42,521 bases of DNA from Malacoraja senta (Eukaryota), in the NCBI GenBank assembly GCA_038087875.1, contig CM075994.1, positions 11,844,001 to 11,886,521 of the forward strand, in the 5' to 3' direction. This document shows positions 1 to 11,129 of this stretch, one piece after another. Under the pieces are notes generated by a model. The model was not told the DNA's origin, made no database searches, and saw nothing but the letters and a program-made list of their open reading frames with translations. The position numbers were made by a program, and so were the translations under genes. Numbering within the stretch: position 1 is the stretch's first letter; each line of letters begins with the position of its first letter.

Positions 1-946
1 CTCAGTTTTAACAGTATCCCAAGAAAATATCTCAAGGAAGAAAAAAACAGATGTGGAAGAATTAAGAACCTTCCTGACACAGGAAATCTCTAATATAATG
101 AAAGAATTTAAAAAATCTTAAACAGGAGCTGAAATCTTTAAAAGATGAAATTAAAGAACAAATTAAAGATGAGGTTACAGCTTCTGTGCATGAATGTACT
201 GGAAGACTGCAAATTAACCATGGAAGAAAATATGCATCAAAATACTGAAGAAGTATATGATAAACTGAATTCGATGGAATCCAGATTTGATGCTAAGTTG
301 GAGCCTATCCTCCAGACATTAAATCAACACCACGAAGCAGTAAAGGAATTGAGGAAATTGCTGAGACGAGCACCGAAACAACAAATAAACTTATTGCCGA
401 GAACAAACGCCTATCGAAGTTATTACATCAAATAACCGAAGAATGTATTGACTTGGAGGGACGACAGAGACGTCAGAATTTAAGAATCGTAGGCGTCCAG
501 GAAGGCAGAGAGGGGAATCGTGACCCTCGCGAATTTGCTGCAGATCTGCTGAAAAAAGTCTTGAAACTGGATCAAGCACCGTTAATTGCCCGAGCGCACA
601 GAGTATCAAGACATCGCCCAGGGGTGGGCGCCCCCCAAGACAACTGATAGTGAAGGTGCAATATGACCATGTTTTGGATGATATGATGAAGATAATTGTT
701 CAAAGCAGAAACCTCGGATTTGAAGGAGACAAGATAAGCATATTTAGAGATTATCCTGTGGAAGTCGCCAAGAAGAGAGCGCTGTTTACAGAAACAAGAA
801 TACTTAAGAATATAAACAATTTGAGATATGGACTGTTACATCCCGCAACATTAAGAGTGACCTATGAGCGGAAGGAACATTTCTTCGTCAAGCATACAGA
901 GGCACTTGAATTTGCCCAGAGCATCGTGGATAAGACCGAAGATTGA
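1..946 (+). pseudogene. L1 ORF1p (Transposase_22-like: coiled coil, RRM, CTD), frameshifted
   Basis: Split over ORFs 145-435, 453-647 and 650-946, with L1 ORF1 signature motifs. Confidence 0.85.
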
Positions 947-1888
947 ATAATATTCTACACCCAACATTCACCTGAAGACAGTGGAAACTGTTATCCTGCA
1001 GAGAAGAGATGGAACTTTAAACTATCATTTTTAAGAACTGTCCCCATTCTTCTTGCAGATTTTGTCCAAGATCTGCGGGAAGAATTGGGCAATTATCTCG
1101 CTACTGATACATAAAATTTACATTTTAGTACTAATTTCTAACAATTAATTCTAATCACGAATACTAATCAATACTAATTATTGTTAACTGGACCAACTTA
1201 GAATTGATTAAAAGTATGAAATATAAGTAAAGTGTGATCCAAGTAATTAATTAATAAAATATAGGAAGTTTTTTCCTTGCTATTTTGGATATTTGGATAT
1301 TTTGGACTTTGATTACTCTTTAACAATGTTTTTTGATTACTCTTTAATACTGTTTTTTGATTACTCTTTAACAGTGACTTCCCCCTTTTTTTTTTAAATT
1401 AAAAAAAAGAGAGGAAAAATATTTTTAGCTTGCTATATGATACTAACATTTTAATTGGACACTAACAAATACTTCAATTATGGAATAAAACTATTGTTTC
1501 CCTCCCCCCCATAAATTGTCTTCATTGTAATTGAAACTTTTCTTTTAAGGAAAGTACGGAGCTAGTAATAATTTTTTTTTAACAAAAGCTACAGAAGTCT
1601 TTAGATGTTTAGCCACACTAGGGTGGCTATCACTAACTGCACTAATCATAGTTGTAGTTTTCTTCTTTTTCTACTTTTTACACGTTACTAATACAACATT
1701 TTATTACCTTTTCTATCTTATGTTATAATATATTTTGTATTTGGAATGGAATTATATGTTTTATTTAGGGAGATATGTCCGGATGAAAAACAGACGAGAC
1801 TTAGAATTCATCTACCTGAGGTTCAAGTATAAGGTAGGGTTTAGTGCGCTGAGCCATCTGCTCCAACATAGACCACTTTAATCACAAG

Positions 1889-4585
1889 ATGCAAGACGTT
1901 AATATAAAAATTGGGGGTGAAGGAATTAAATTCTGTAGCTGGAATGTTAAGGGGAAAAAACAATTTACAAAATTACATCAGATAATGGAGAAACATTAAC
2001 ACTACCTAAAGATATTAATGATAGATTTTTACAATATTATCAAAAATTGTATTCATCTAAAACGACAGAACAACCAGTAGGAATGGAAACATTTCTACAG
2101 AAATGTAATCTTACAGGTCTAGATCAGAAAGAGAGAGAATCACTAGATGTAGAAATTACGGTAAAAGACATCGAGGAGTCAATTAGATCTCTAAGAAATG
2201 GAAAGGCCGCAGGTCCTGATGGTCTAAGCTCTGAATTTTATTAAAAAATTTACGATCTGATTTCTCCACGTCTACAGAGACTTTACAAACAAGCTTATAC
2301 TCAACAGAAACTTCCAGAAACTCTAAATGAATCTACAATCATACTTATACCGAAACCGGATAAGGACCCTGAAGACCCAGGTTCATATAGAGCAATAGCT
2401 CTCTTAAATACTGATCAGAAAATATTAACCAAAATCCTATCTCATAGATTGAGCTTAGTGATTAACAAATGAATACACCCCGACCAAACTGGTTTTATTC
2501 CAAAACGTTACTCATTTTATAATTTGAGAAGACTATTCAATATTATATATACAAATAGAATTCCAAATGCAGATCCAGCAATTATTTTGTTAGATGCTGA
2601 AAAGGCATTTGACCAGGTAGAATGGACATATTTATTTTCGGTAATGAAAAAATTTCAATTGGGAGAGAAGTACTGTACATGGGTTAAATTGTTATACTCA
2701 AACAGCTAGAATATTAACAAATCAAATGTTATCAGCCAAATTTAATCTTTCTAGAGGTTGTAGACAAGGATGTTCATTATCCCCACTATTATTTGCTCTT
2801 GCAATTGAACCATTAGCAGAAAGCATTAGAAACCATCCAGGAATACATAGATACAACACTAGAGATACAAGGAATACAATTTCCTTATATGCAGATGATG
2901 TATTAATACATATTACAAAGTTAGAAACTAGTATTCCAAATCTATTAAATCTAATAACACAATTTGGTCAGTTCTCAGGATATAGGATTAATTGGAATAA
3001 AAGTGAAATCATGCCAATAACAAAATTCAACTTAAATACAATACAACAATCCCCTTTTAAAATAGTTAAAGATAAACTTAAATATTTAGGAATCTATGTA
3101 ACTAAGACATATACCTCTTTATTTAAACAAAATTTTCCATCCCTTCTCAATAAATTACACAAACATATTCAGTACTGGAAAACACTTCCTATTTCAATGC
3201 TTGGTAGAATTAATGCTATAAAAATGATTTTCTTACCGCAACTACTATATATATTTAAATTAATTCCGATATATATTCCAAAAAACTTTTTCAAAAAAGT
3301 CGACTCCATTGTTACAAGCTTTATTTGGGATTATAAGAATCATAGAATAAGTAAAAAACAATTATGTAAGTCAAAGAGCAACGGAGGTTTGGCCTTGCCA
3401 AATTTCTTATTTTATTTTTGGGCAGTCCATATTAAAAACATGAATTTCTGGCTGGAAGAAATGGACCAACAACCAGAATGGTTAAGGATGGAAAAGGAAG
3501 ACTGTTTACCTTTTGAAATAGGTTCGATTATATTTGCTACCACAAAATTGCATAAAAAAACCTATAAGGAAAACCCTATAATACATAGTGGAATACGAAT
3601 TTGGAAACAATTAAAAAAGGCTTTAAAACTGAATAATATACCACTATGTCTTCCCATTGTAAATAATCCTCTATTCAAGCCATCCATATTGGATAGAGGC
3701 TTTATACAATGGAAAAATTATGGAATTAAAAGGATTGGACATCTTTATAGGGAAGGCATCTTTCTGTCATTTCAAGAGTTACAACAGAATCATGGACTAC
3801 ACTCAAATAACTTTTTCAGATATTTACAAATTAGAGATTATGTTAAATCCAATACACAAGTTTATAGGACTAGGGAACCAGAAATTCTTGATGAATGTTT
3901 GAATAAGCATCCTAACACTGAAAAATTAATAGCTTATATTTATAACTTTCTCCTAAATAACGAGGTACCACCGATGGAACTATATAGACATAAATGGGAA
4001 AATGAGTTAGGTTATCCTATTACGAAAGATATTTGGGACGAAAGTTTACAACATATACATCAATGTTCGTTAAATGCCAGACATGCTTTAATACAATTTA
4101 AAGTCTTACACAGATTACATTACTCCAAAATAAAACTAAATAGAATTTTCCCACATATCTCTCCTATATGTGATAAATGCCTGCATCTAGAGGCCAATTT
4201 AACACATACCTTTGCAAATTGTATAACAATTAAAAATTACTGGACTGATATTTTTCAAATAATTTCTGAAGTTGTTAATACCAAATTGGCTCCAGACTTA
4301 AAATTAATAATACTTGGGATATCAGAACGAAGTTTAACACTCACAACAAGCCAAAGAAACTTCCTTGACTACAGTATAATAACTGGGAAAAAATTAATAT
4401 TAAAATTCTGGAAAGGCCCTACAACCCCCACAATTAAAATGTGGATTGTGGAAATGTCGGAGACCCTACATCTAGAAAGAATTAGATTTATCTTAATGGA
4501 CAAGCAAGAACTTTTTGTTAAAATATGGGCTCCATTCATTGCCTATTTGAAGGGATATGGTGGCCCAGCGCGAAAGCCCGACTGA
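1889..4585 (+). pseudogene. L1 ORF2p (RT plus C-terminal Cys-rich domain); endonuclease deleted, stops and frameshifts
   Basis: ATG 1889 gives MQDVNIKIGGEGIKFCSWNVKG and then jumps to the post-EN linker; RT motifs in ORFs 2047-2244, 2524-2709 and 2726-4585; CDKC..H..C knuckle near 4170-4220. Confidence 0.92.
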
Positions 4586-5278
4586 AGCTTGAACTCAGGA
4601 TTAGATGTAATTATATTTCATAACCTACGAACTTATCTCCTATGACGTATTATAAGTAATTCATTCCACCTCTTTTTCTTTTTTGATATTGTAATTCTTC
4701 TTTCTCTCTATTTTTCTTTTTCTATCTATATAAAAAAAAAACACTAGAAGCAGAATTAACTGACAATTGAAAAATTTAATAATGTATGAGTGATTGATGT
4801 ATATGAAAAGTTTTTTCTTCTCCTATTATAATATGTTACTCTACATTATAATATGTTTGCTTCTAATAAAAATTTATATCACAAAAAAAAAAAGACATAT
4901 GACAGAAGAAGTGAATGTTCAGTTTGCTATTATGCAGTCATGTTGTAGCATAGTTTACAGTGAATAGGATTTGCAGTGGCATTAGCTGGATTATGTTTAT
5001 TGTATATTTTGCCCTATATGTTTCACTGTATCAGAAGATTTGTTTATTTCCATCGAAATGTATATTTCTGTAAAGGACAGTAATTTGTGTATCTTCCTTT
5101 TCCTTCATAGTTTTCACTCTTTTTCAATGACAAGAATGTGACAGCACTGAAAAGTCATTAAACTTGGGAGCGGAGATGCTAACTTCCTGACTCGCATTTC
5201 GTTATTGAATCAAGTTTGACTGGCTGTCAATTTACGTTCTACTGCTCACAAACACGTAGGGAGGACAGTTACGACGTT

Positions 5279-5376
5279 TGTTTTCTCGGGACTTGCCTGC
5301 GCATCCATCTTTTACCTCATGGATTCCAGCTCCGGTTCCAGACATCCCAGTTCAGACCCAACCCGGACTACAGGGA
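5279..5376 (+). mobile_element. Penelope-like element N-terminal fragment, left part
   Basis: CFLGTCLRIHLLPHGFQLRFQTSQF aligns with CFLGACLRLHLIPHGFQLQFPTSQF in the full Penelope ORF at ~36366-36460. Confidence 0.85.
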
Positions 5377-5679
5377 GGTTACACGGCTGTCGAGGTCACG
5401 ACCCGTGACCCGTACTGTTGCCACGCAACGCCAACTGGAGTACACGCGGTGAACTGCAGGTAAGCACTCACCATGGCTTCCAATGTAGCGAGCCCGTCCT
5501 CTGCCCCCGTATCCGTTCAATTGTCGCAATTTGCCTCAAATCTAACAACTGAGGAGTACGAACAATATGTGCAAAAAGTCTCCTTGAACGGTATTGATCC
5601 TTATTTAGTGCATGAAGCTGAGAGATCCCGTGACATCTCCCAACTGCCAGAACATAGTTCCATGGACATCATGGCCTAC

Positions 5680-5737
5680 TAAAGCGACTTTGAGTCCTGA
5701 AAAGCACTATATAAATAAAATCTATTATTATTATTAT
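5680..5737 (+). mobile_element. Short L2/SINE-type 3' tail insertion ending in (TAT)n
   Basis: AAGCGACTTTGAG...ATATAAATAAAATC(TAT)n with TAC on both sides; removing it restores DIMAY-LIST in the host ORF. Confidence 0.7.
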
Positions 5738-6410
5738 TACCTCATCTCAACGCAAATTCCATACACAGCAAAGAATTTTCAGGCCAACAAGTCATCTGAG
5801 ACTTACAATCAGTTTGCTAATGGTTGGTTACACGACACTAGTGTATACATCGCAAATAATTCTCCAGACTTACGAGTGGTGTGTGGAAAAGTAAGTTTTC
5901 TATCATTATGCTATTACTTACTTATGTTATTTATGCTATTACTTATTGGAAGCTATTTTAACACTTTTTCTTTTTCTTTTCAATTATCCTCGTACCACAG
6001 GTTCTGCACTCATAAGCTGTCGGCGTGAATTCTAAGCCATTGATGCCATGGGTTATTGGGACAAATGGCCAGATATACAGTGCCCACTGCGATTGCAAGG
6101 CAGGGCTCGGAGAAGTTTGTACCCATGTAGTGACGGTTCTCTTTGGTATTGACTGGAGTACAGATTAGTGAGAAAACAGTCACCCAGGTCAAAGCATATT
6201 GGATGGAGCCAATGAGAAAGCAGGTTAAAGCTGCGCCTGTCAGCAAAGTTAACTTCTCTCCAGCAGCACAGAAGAAAAGATGGCTTGATGCTACCATAGA
6301 TGGGACTGAGCCGAAACAGCAACAAACCAGAGATGAAGCTCCATCAATGTCACCCGCTTCTTGTCGAGCATCGGAGTTGCTGCAGGACAAAGTACTGAGT
6401 GGACTTTTGT

Positions 6411-8372
6411 TATGCACGTGCCATCAGGGTAGGCAAGATAGGCACTGCCTACCCTGACTAAAATTATAAAATGGTAATTATTAAATATAAATAGTAAAGG
6501 CACGGGAGAATTATGACTACCTAAGTAGGCATAATTCTCCCATGCCTTTCATCCGCAGTACATGTAATACGCGAAAGTATGTGCCGTCGACGCTGCTTCA
6601 ACCCTTCAATGACAAGGGGAGCTGAATCTAGCTGAAATTCTGCCTTTACACCGTGGTCTGCGCATGTGCAGCGCAAGTTTCTTGGCGGGTTTTTCAAACA
6701 TGGATCGTCCTTATCTTAAGAGTATCTTATGAAACAAAGAGAGAACGTAGTTCGTGTACAAATAATGTGGTAAGTAGATTTCTTTGAGCTTTATGTTTTT
6801 AAATACCGTATTTCCCAGCAATGAAGACGCTATTGTTTACCCAGAATATAAGGCACGACAATTTACCAGCAGGCCGAAGGTTAGGTTGTTAGCCAAGAAA
6901 GATAGACTGGGCTGTTCCTCAGTACAGCAACATCAAGAACGATGTTGGTGTACTGAGGGATATCCAAGTCTATCCCTCATTGCTGGCAGCTGATGGGAAG
7001 CGGCTGTAGAGTGGGAAGCGGTCGTAAAAGGACAGCGCCGCTGGGGGGTTGGGGGAGAGTTCCTTTCACAGCATGTGGGCAGTCTGGCCAGGAGTAAAGT
7101 TGCGGGGAGGGCAGGAGCATTGAGAAGAAGGGGGTCGCGGATCATGCCAGAAACTCACTCATTCACCGCTTCTGCAGCGTACCGGGCGCTGAGTCACCGC
7201 ATTGTGGCCGGGGAGGGAAGTAGCTCAGGTGACTGCGAGCGGACGCCGGGAACGGACTGCGGAACCGGCCGCTGCCTCAGCTCCTTCTGCGACCTGCTCA
7301 CCTCTGGCAGTGCTCTGTGTCTGAACACCTTTCTCCTGCCACTCGCTGGCCTTGCTCATGTCAGCCGCTTCCTGCAAATCCTTAAATTCCGACTGCAGTC
7401 GGGAGCAGGACATGGCCTCCCTTGCTGCGCTGGGTGACACTGCATGGTATTCACTGCCCGGTCCGTGTCTTTCAATGTAGATCGACAGTGAGGGGAACAG
7501 CTCAAGAGTGGGTCTGCGGGCGATGGATAACAGGACAGCAGGCGGTGGAGCTTACTCCTGTGTCAGCGCGAGTAACCTCAATTGGCCCTTGTTCGCGCTG
7601 ACACAGGAGTAAGCTCCACCGCCCACTGTCCTGTTATCTGCCAGAGGTGAGCGAGCCGACAGAAAGCGCAGGTGTCGGCCGGTTCCGCTGCCCGGTCCCA
7701 GCGGCCACTCGCAGCCACCCGAGCTAATTCCCTCCCCGGCCACAATGTGGGGGCTCCGCGCCGGGAGCGCCGCGCCCGGAGCGCCACGGCAGCGGTGAGT
7801 GAGTGACTGGCATGATCCTCGACCCCCTCGTTCTCAACGCTCCTGCCCGCCCCGCAACTTGGCCAGACGCCCCACACGAATGTGAAAGGAACTCTTCCCC
7901 CCAATTGGTTCCTTGAACTAGTATTGTCATTCAAAAAGTTCACAACTAATCTAACTTGTCCCGGTGTGCTCCTGCTTTTCCTGCCATCTCTCCACCTGCC
8001 ACCCTCCACCCATTCAGTGATCCACCCATTCAGTAATTCAGAACGAAGGAGATTTGGAAGCCTTGGGCAAATTGAACTGTTACTTTCTTTATTTTTATTT
8101 TTTATTTTTTTGAGCATGAGAAATTCTATGTCCTGCCAGCCTTCTTTCAAAATGTAGCAACTCAAAATGGGGGTGCCTCTTCTACGCAGGTGCGTCTTCA
8201 TTGCCGGGAAATACGGTACTTTATTAAGAGATATGGCTTTTGAAGACAAATTACTTTATAAAAGTCGACTGACAGCTGACGGAGAGGAGAACAATCTGCG
8301 CATGCGCGGTTTAAGATTTTTTTAAAGCTGACTGACTGCCTACCCTGAGTATTTACTCACGGCACGTGCCTG
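6411..8372. mobile_element. Non-autonomous DNA transposon (~550 bp of its own sequence), TIR YAKGCACGTGCCRT, 2-bp GT duplication
   Basis: TATGCACGTGCCAT at 6411 versus reverse complement of the right end CAGGCACGTGCCGT; subterminal TGCCTACCCTGA near both ends; excision restores the frame GLLSLMTTRLAILS. Confidence 0.8.
6806..8216. mobile_element. Tc1/mariner-pogo-type MITE with 25-bp TIRs and TA TSD
   Basis: TA|CCGTATTTCCCAGCAATGAAGACGC ... GCGTCTTCATTGCCGGGAAATACGG|TA (1 mismatch). Confidence 0.9.
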
Positions 8373-9803
8373 GTCCCTGATGACAACACGATTGGCCATA
8401 CTCAGCTCTGTTGACCCTTATGCGGCAAGATTTGATTCTGCTGAGACTTATAGAAATTCCACCCATTTTACAGACTTAACGGACAAAGACACATTCACCT
8501 TAACATATGCTGATCTTCTAAAGAGATGTGCAGATGTTGATTATTCTGTTACGGAAGAGGGGGCAAAGAATGTGGAGGCACACACTCGTGAGCAAGCCAA
8601 ATCAAATCTCTGGTTTCGGTATCAGGCAGGACGCATAACAGCATCAAAACTGAAAAGTGTTTGCAGGACAAATACAGGTTCTCCTGCAATTAGTGTGATC
8701 AAATTGGTGTGGTACCCTGATCTGTGCAGATTTAGCACTGAGGCAACAAGATGGGGCTGTGATTATGAACGGCAAGCAAGACAAGCTTATGAGGATTATA
8801 TGTATACTGAACATTCCGGTTTCATAATGAAAGACTCAGGACTGATCATAAACCCCAAGTATCCTCATTTGTGTGCAGATGGACTGGTTCAGTGTGCTGA
8901 GCATTGTTGCGGGGATGAGCATTTTGGTGTTTTATGAAATTAACTGTCCGTTCTGTAGTAAGAAGGACATGTCTTTAATGTCAGCTGCGGAGGGCGAACA
9001 GTTTTGTCTTCAGAATGTGAATGGTGAGCTTCATCTGTCCAATGAGCATGCTTACTACTACCAGGTCCAGGCCCAAATATTTGTCTCAGAGAGATAGTTT
9101 TTCGATTTTGTGGTTTGGACCAGTGATGGCGTTCGTCCCCATATAGAGTGTATCGTGGGTAATTTTTGGACAGATGTTGTAGCTGCTGCCACTCAGTTCT
9201 TCAATTTAGGCGTGTTACCGGAGCTTGTTGGCAAGCATTTTACAAGTCATCCCAAAATATGTCAGAGAATGTCATAGAGAACGATGACCAGGATGAACAA
9301 AAATGCTGCTATTGTCAGGAGGGGGAAAGTGGGAAAATGATCATGTGTGATAACCTAAAGTGTCTTATTTCGTGGTTTCATTTTGAATGCCTGAAATTTC
9401 CAGAAAATTATGAAACACCAAAAAATATGGTTTTGCCCAGATTGTAGGCTGCTCCCAAAATCAAAAAAGAAAACCTCCCAAAAAGAAATGAACGGCAAGT
9501 GTTGAGCTGAACATGTTTCTCTTAAATACCAAATCTAGCATTTGTATACCACGTTTGCCTTGCACTGCATCAAGCCACGTAATAGGCTATTTTACTTTGG
9601 AGTCACGTGAGTGACTACGTGAAAAACTCGTCCAGCACGCGTGCGCGCATTAGCGTTCACGCAATGCAACAGCGACGAACGGGAGTACAGGTGCTCCCGC
9701 TACAAGTTTAAAAAAGCGGACCATCAGGTAAGTACTTACTCTGAGGTCGTACTTAGGAAGCTTTGCTCTGCTTTGTGCATTCCAGGTTGAAGAAGCTGGA
9801 AAA

Positions 9804-11050
9804 ATGAGCAAAGCACGGCAAGGGAAAAAGACCGCCCCCCATTCGACTCCAACAGAACAGGAGTGTCCCATCAGTGGGGGGCGAGAGGCGGCACCTGGAC
9901 CGCACAAGCTGCGGTCCACAATCATTAAGACCGAGCCGAGCCCAGTACCGCTAGCGCAGCCTGAGCAACAGCAGCGGACTGGAGGTAAATTAAAACGAAA
10001 AACTGACCGGCCGGTGATATCAGATAACTCCGATGAGGAGGACTCTCCGCCTGAGAGCGGCAGAGGTAGCCGCCTGAGCCGCATGGAAAGGCTCATGGAG
10101 CAAATGCTCCAGCGAGACTTGCTTCGGGAGCTGGAGCAGTCTCGCCAACGGAATTCAGGCACTCCCACACCAGTGCCTTACAATGCAATGGCCATCGCTT
10201 CCCCCTCAGCCGAGGGCAGCGTTGGCGACCAGGGCTGGGCTGGTCAGGAACAGGGGTCATTGGCCGAAGATATCGGGAGTACGCATGGGGTACAGGACCA
10301 GGAAGAGCTGCTGGGTGCGGTGAATCGCTACGTGGCTACACCACGAGCAGGGCGGCCATTGCAGCCAAGACTGGTGGCCAGCATTGACTACCTGTCCCTC
10401 AAACCCCTACAAGAACAGGTAGTCAATGAGGCACTAGAACTCTACTCGCCTCCGGATAACTGCAGTTCACTCAACGTACTGGCCGTTAACAGCCAAATCT
10501 GGGGGTACGTTGGACAGAGTATCCGGAACCAGGAGCTAAAATTACAGCGTATCCTCAAGCTCCTGACGACAGGTATAACATCCTATGCTCATTCCGTGGA
10601 TGGGGTGGATATGACCACCAACCAGCAAGACACTCTGGCTCTGCTGTGCAACACTCAATATGAGATAAACAACCTCCGCAAGGAGATAATAAGACCTGCC
10701 CTCAATCCCAAATAGGCAGGACTGTGCAAAACACCGGCGTCAGAGCCACAGATCCTGTTATTTGGAAAGGACAAGTGAAAGACCTGGAGGAAGAGTCCAA
10801 AGCATTCGGCCTCATGAGGGCAGGCCCCGGAATGAGCAGACCCACACAACCCAGACGGCAGCACCCCACCGCGTCCGCCAGTCGACATCAAACTTATGGG
10901 ACTGGTGAAAGCTCGGTGTCCGCATACCATCCCCGAACCTCTTTTAGGCCAGGGCCCAGAGCGGACCCCATGGAAAATGCGCCACCCCCAACCAGCAGTA
11001 CATCCAGCAGTTCAACGATGGATGAAGAAACCAAAGAAAGGAACACTCCC
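9804..11050 (+). pseudogene. DIRS gag-like ORF1 with internal stop at 10713-10715
   Basis: 303-aa ORF with PPDNC..L.V..VN..IW and LRKEIIRPALNPK motifs; continues AGLCKT...LLFG after the stop. Confidence 0.75.
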
Positions 11051-11129
11051 ATAACTATGGAGGTAGGTGGGTCTGGTTCCTACCAGCATATAAAAAGTGG
11101 GGGAACTGTACTAACAGGGGGGGAGATTA

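Larger units (their letters stand above)
1..4893 (+). mobile_element. L1-clade LINE, decayed (ORF1, spacer, EN-deleted ORF2, 3'UTR, polyA); 5' part runs off the window
   Basis: ORF1 motifs (LEGRQRRQNLRIVGV, RAHR, IFRDYP, YGLLHPATLRVT); ORF2 RT motifs ([36 protein letters not shown]); AATAAA at 4865-4870 and A-run at 4883-4893. Confidence 0.95.
5473..9510 (+). pseudogene. ISL2EU accessory gene: SWIM zinc finger, YqaJ/lambda-exonuclease-like PD-(D/E)xK nuclease, PHD finger; intron 5891-6000
   Basis: GIDPY and GWL motifs in exon 1; GTAAG...CAG intron; HCDCKAGLGEVCTHV (SWIM); TREQAKSNLWFRYQAGRITAS, SGLII, DG, EINCP, YYYQVQAQ, DFVVWT (YqaJ); CYC..MIMCDN..C..WFHFECL..WFCPDC (PHD). Confidence 0.85.

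Noticed and set aside
1280..1375. Short tandem repeats (TTTTGATTACTCTTTAA x3) in the L1 spacer
   Set aside because: Ordinary slippage in AT-rich sequence with no evidence of function.
9296..9450. PHD finger as a host ING-family gene
   Set aside because: It is contiguous with the YqaJ pseudogene inside the transposon TIRs and no other ING exons are visible.
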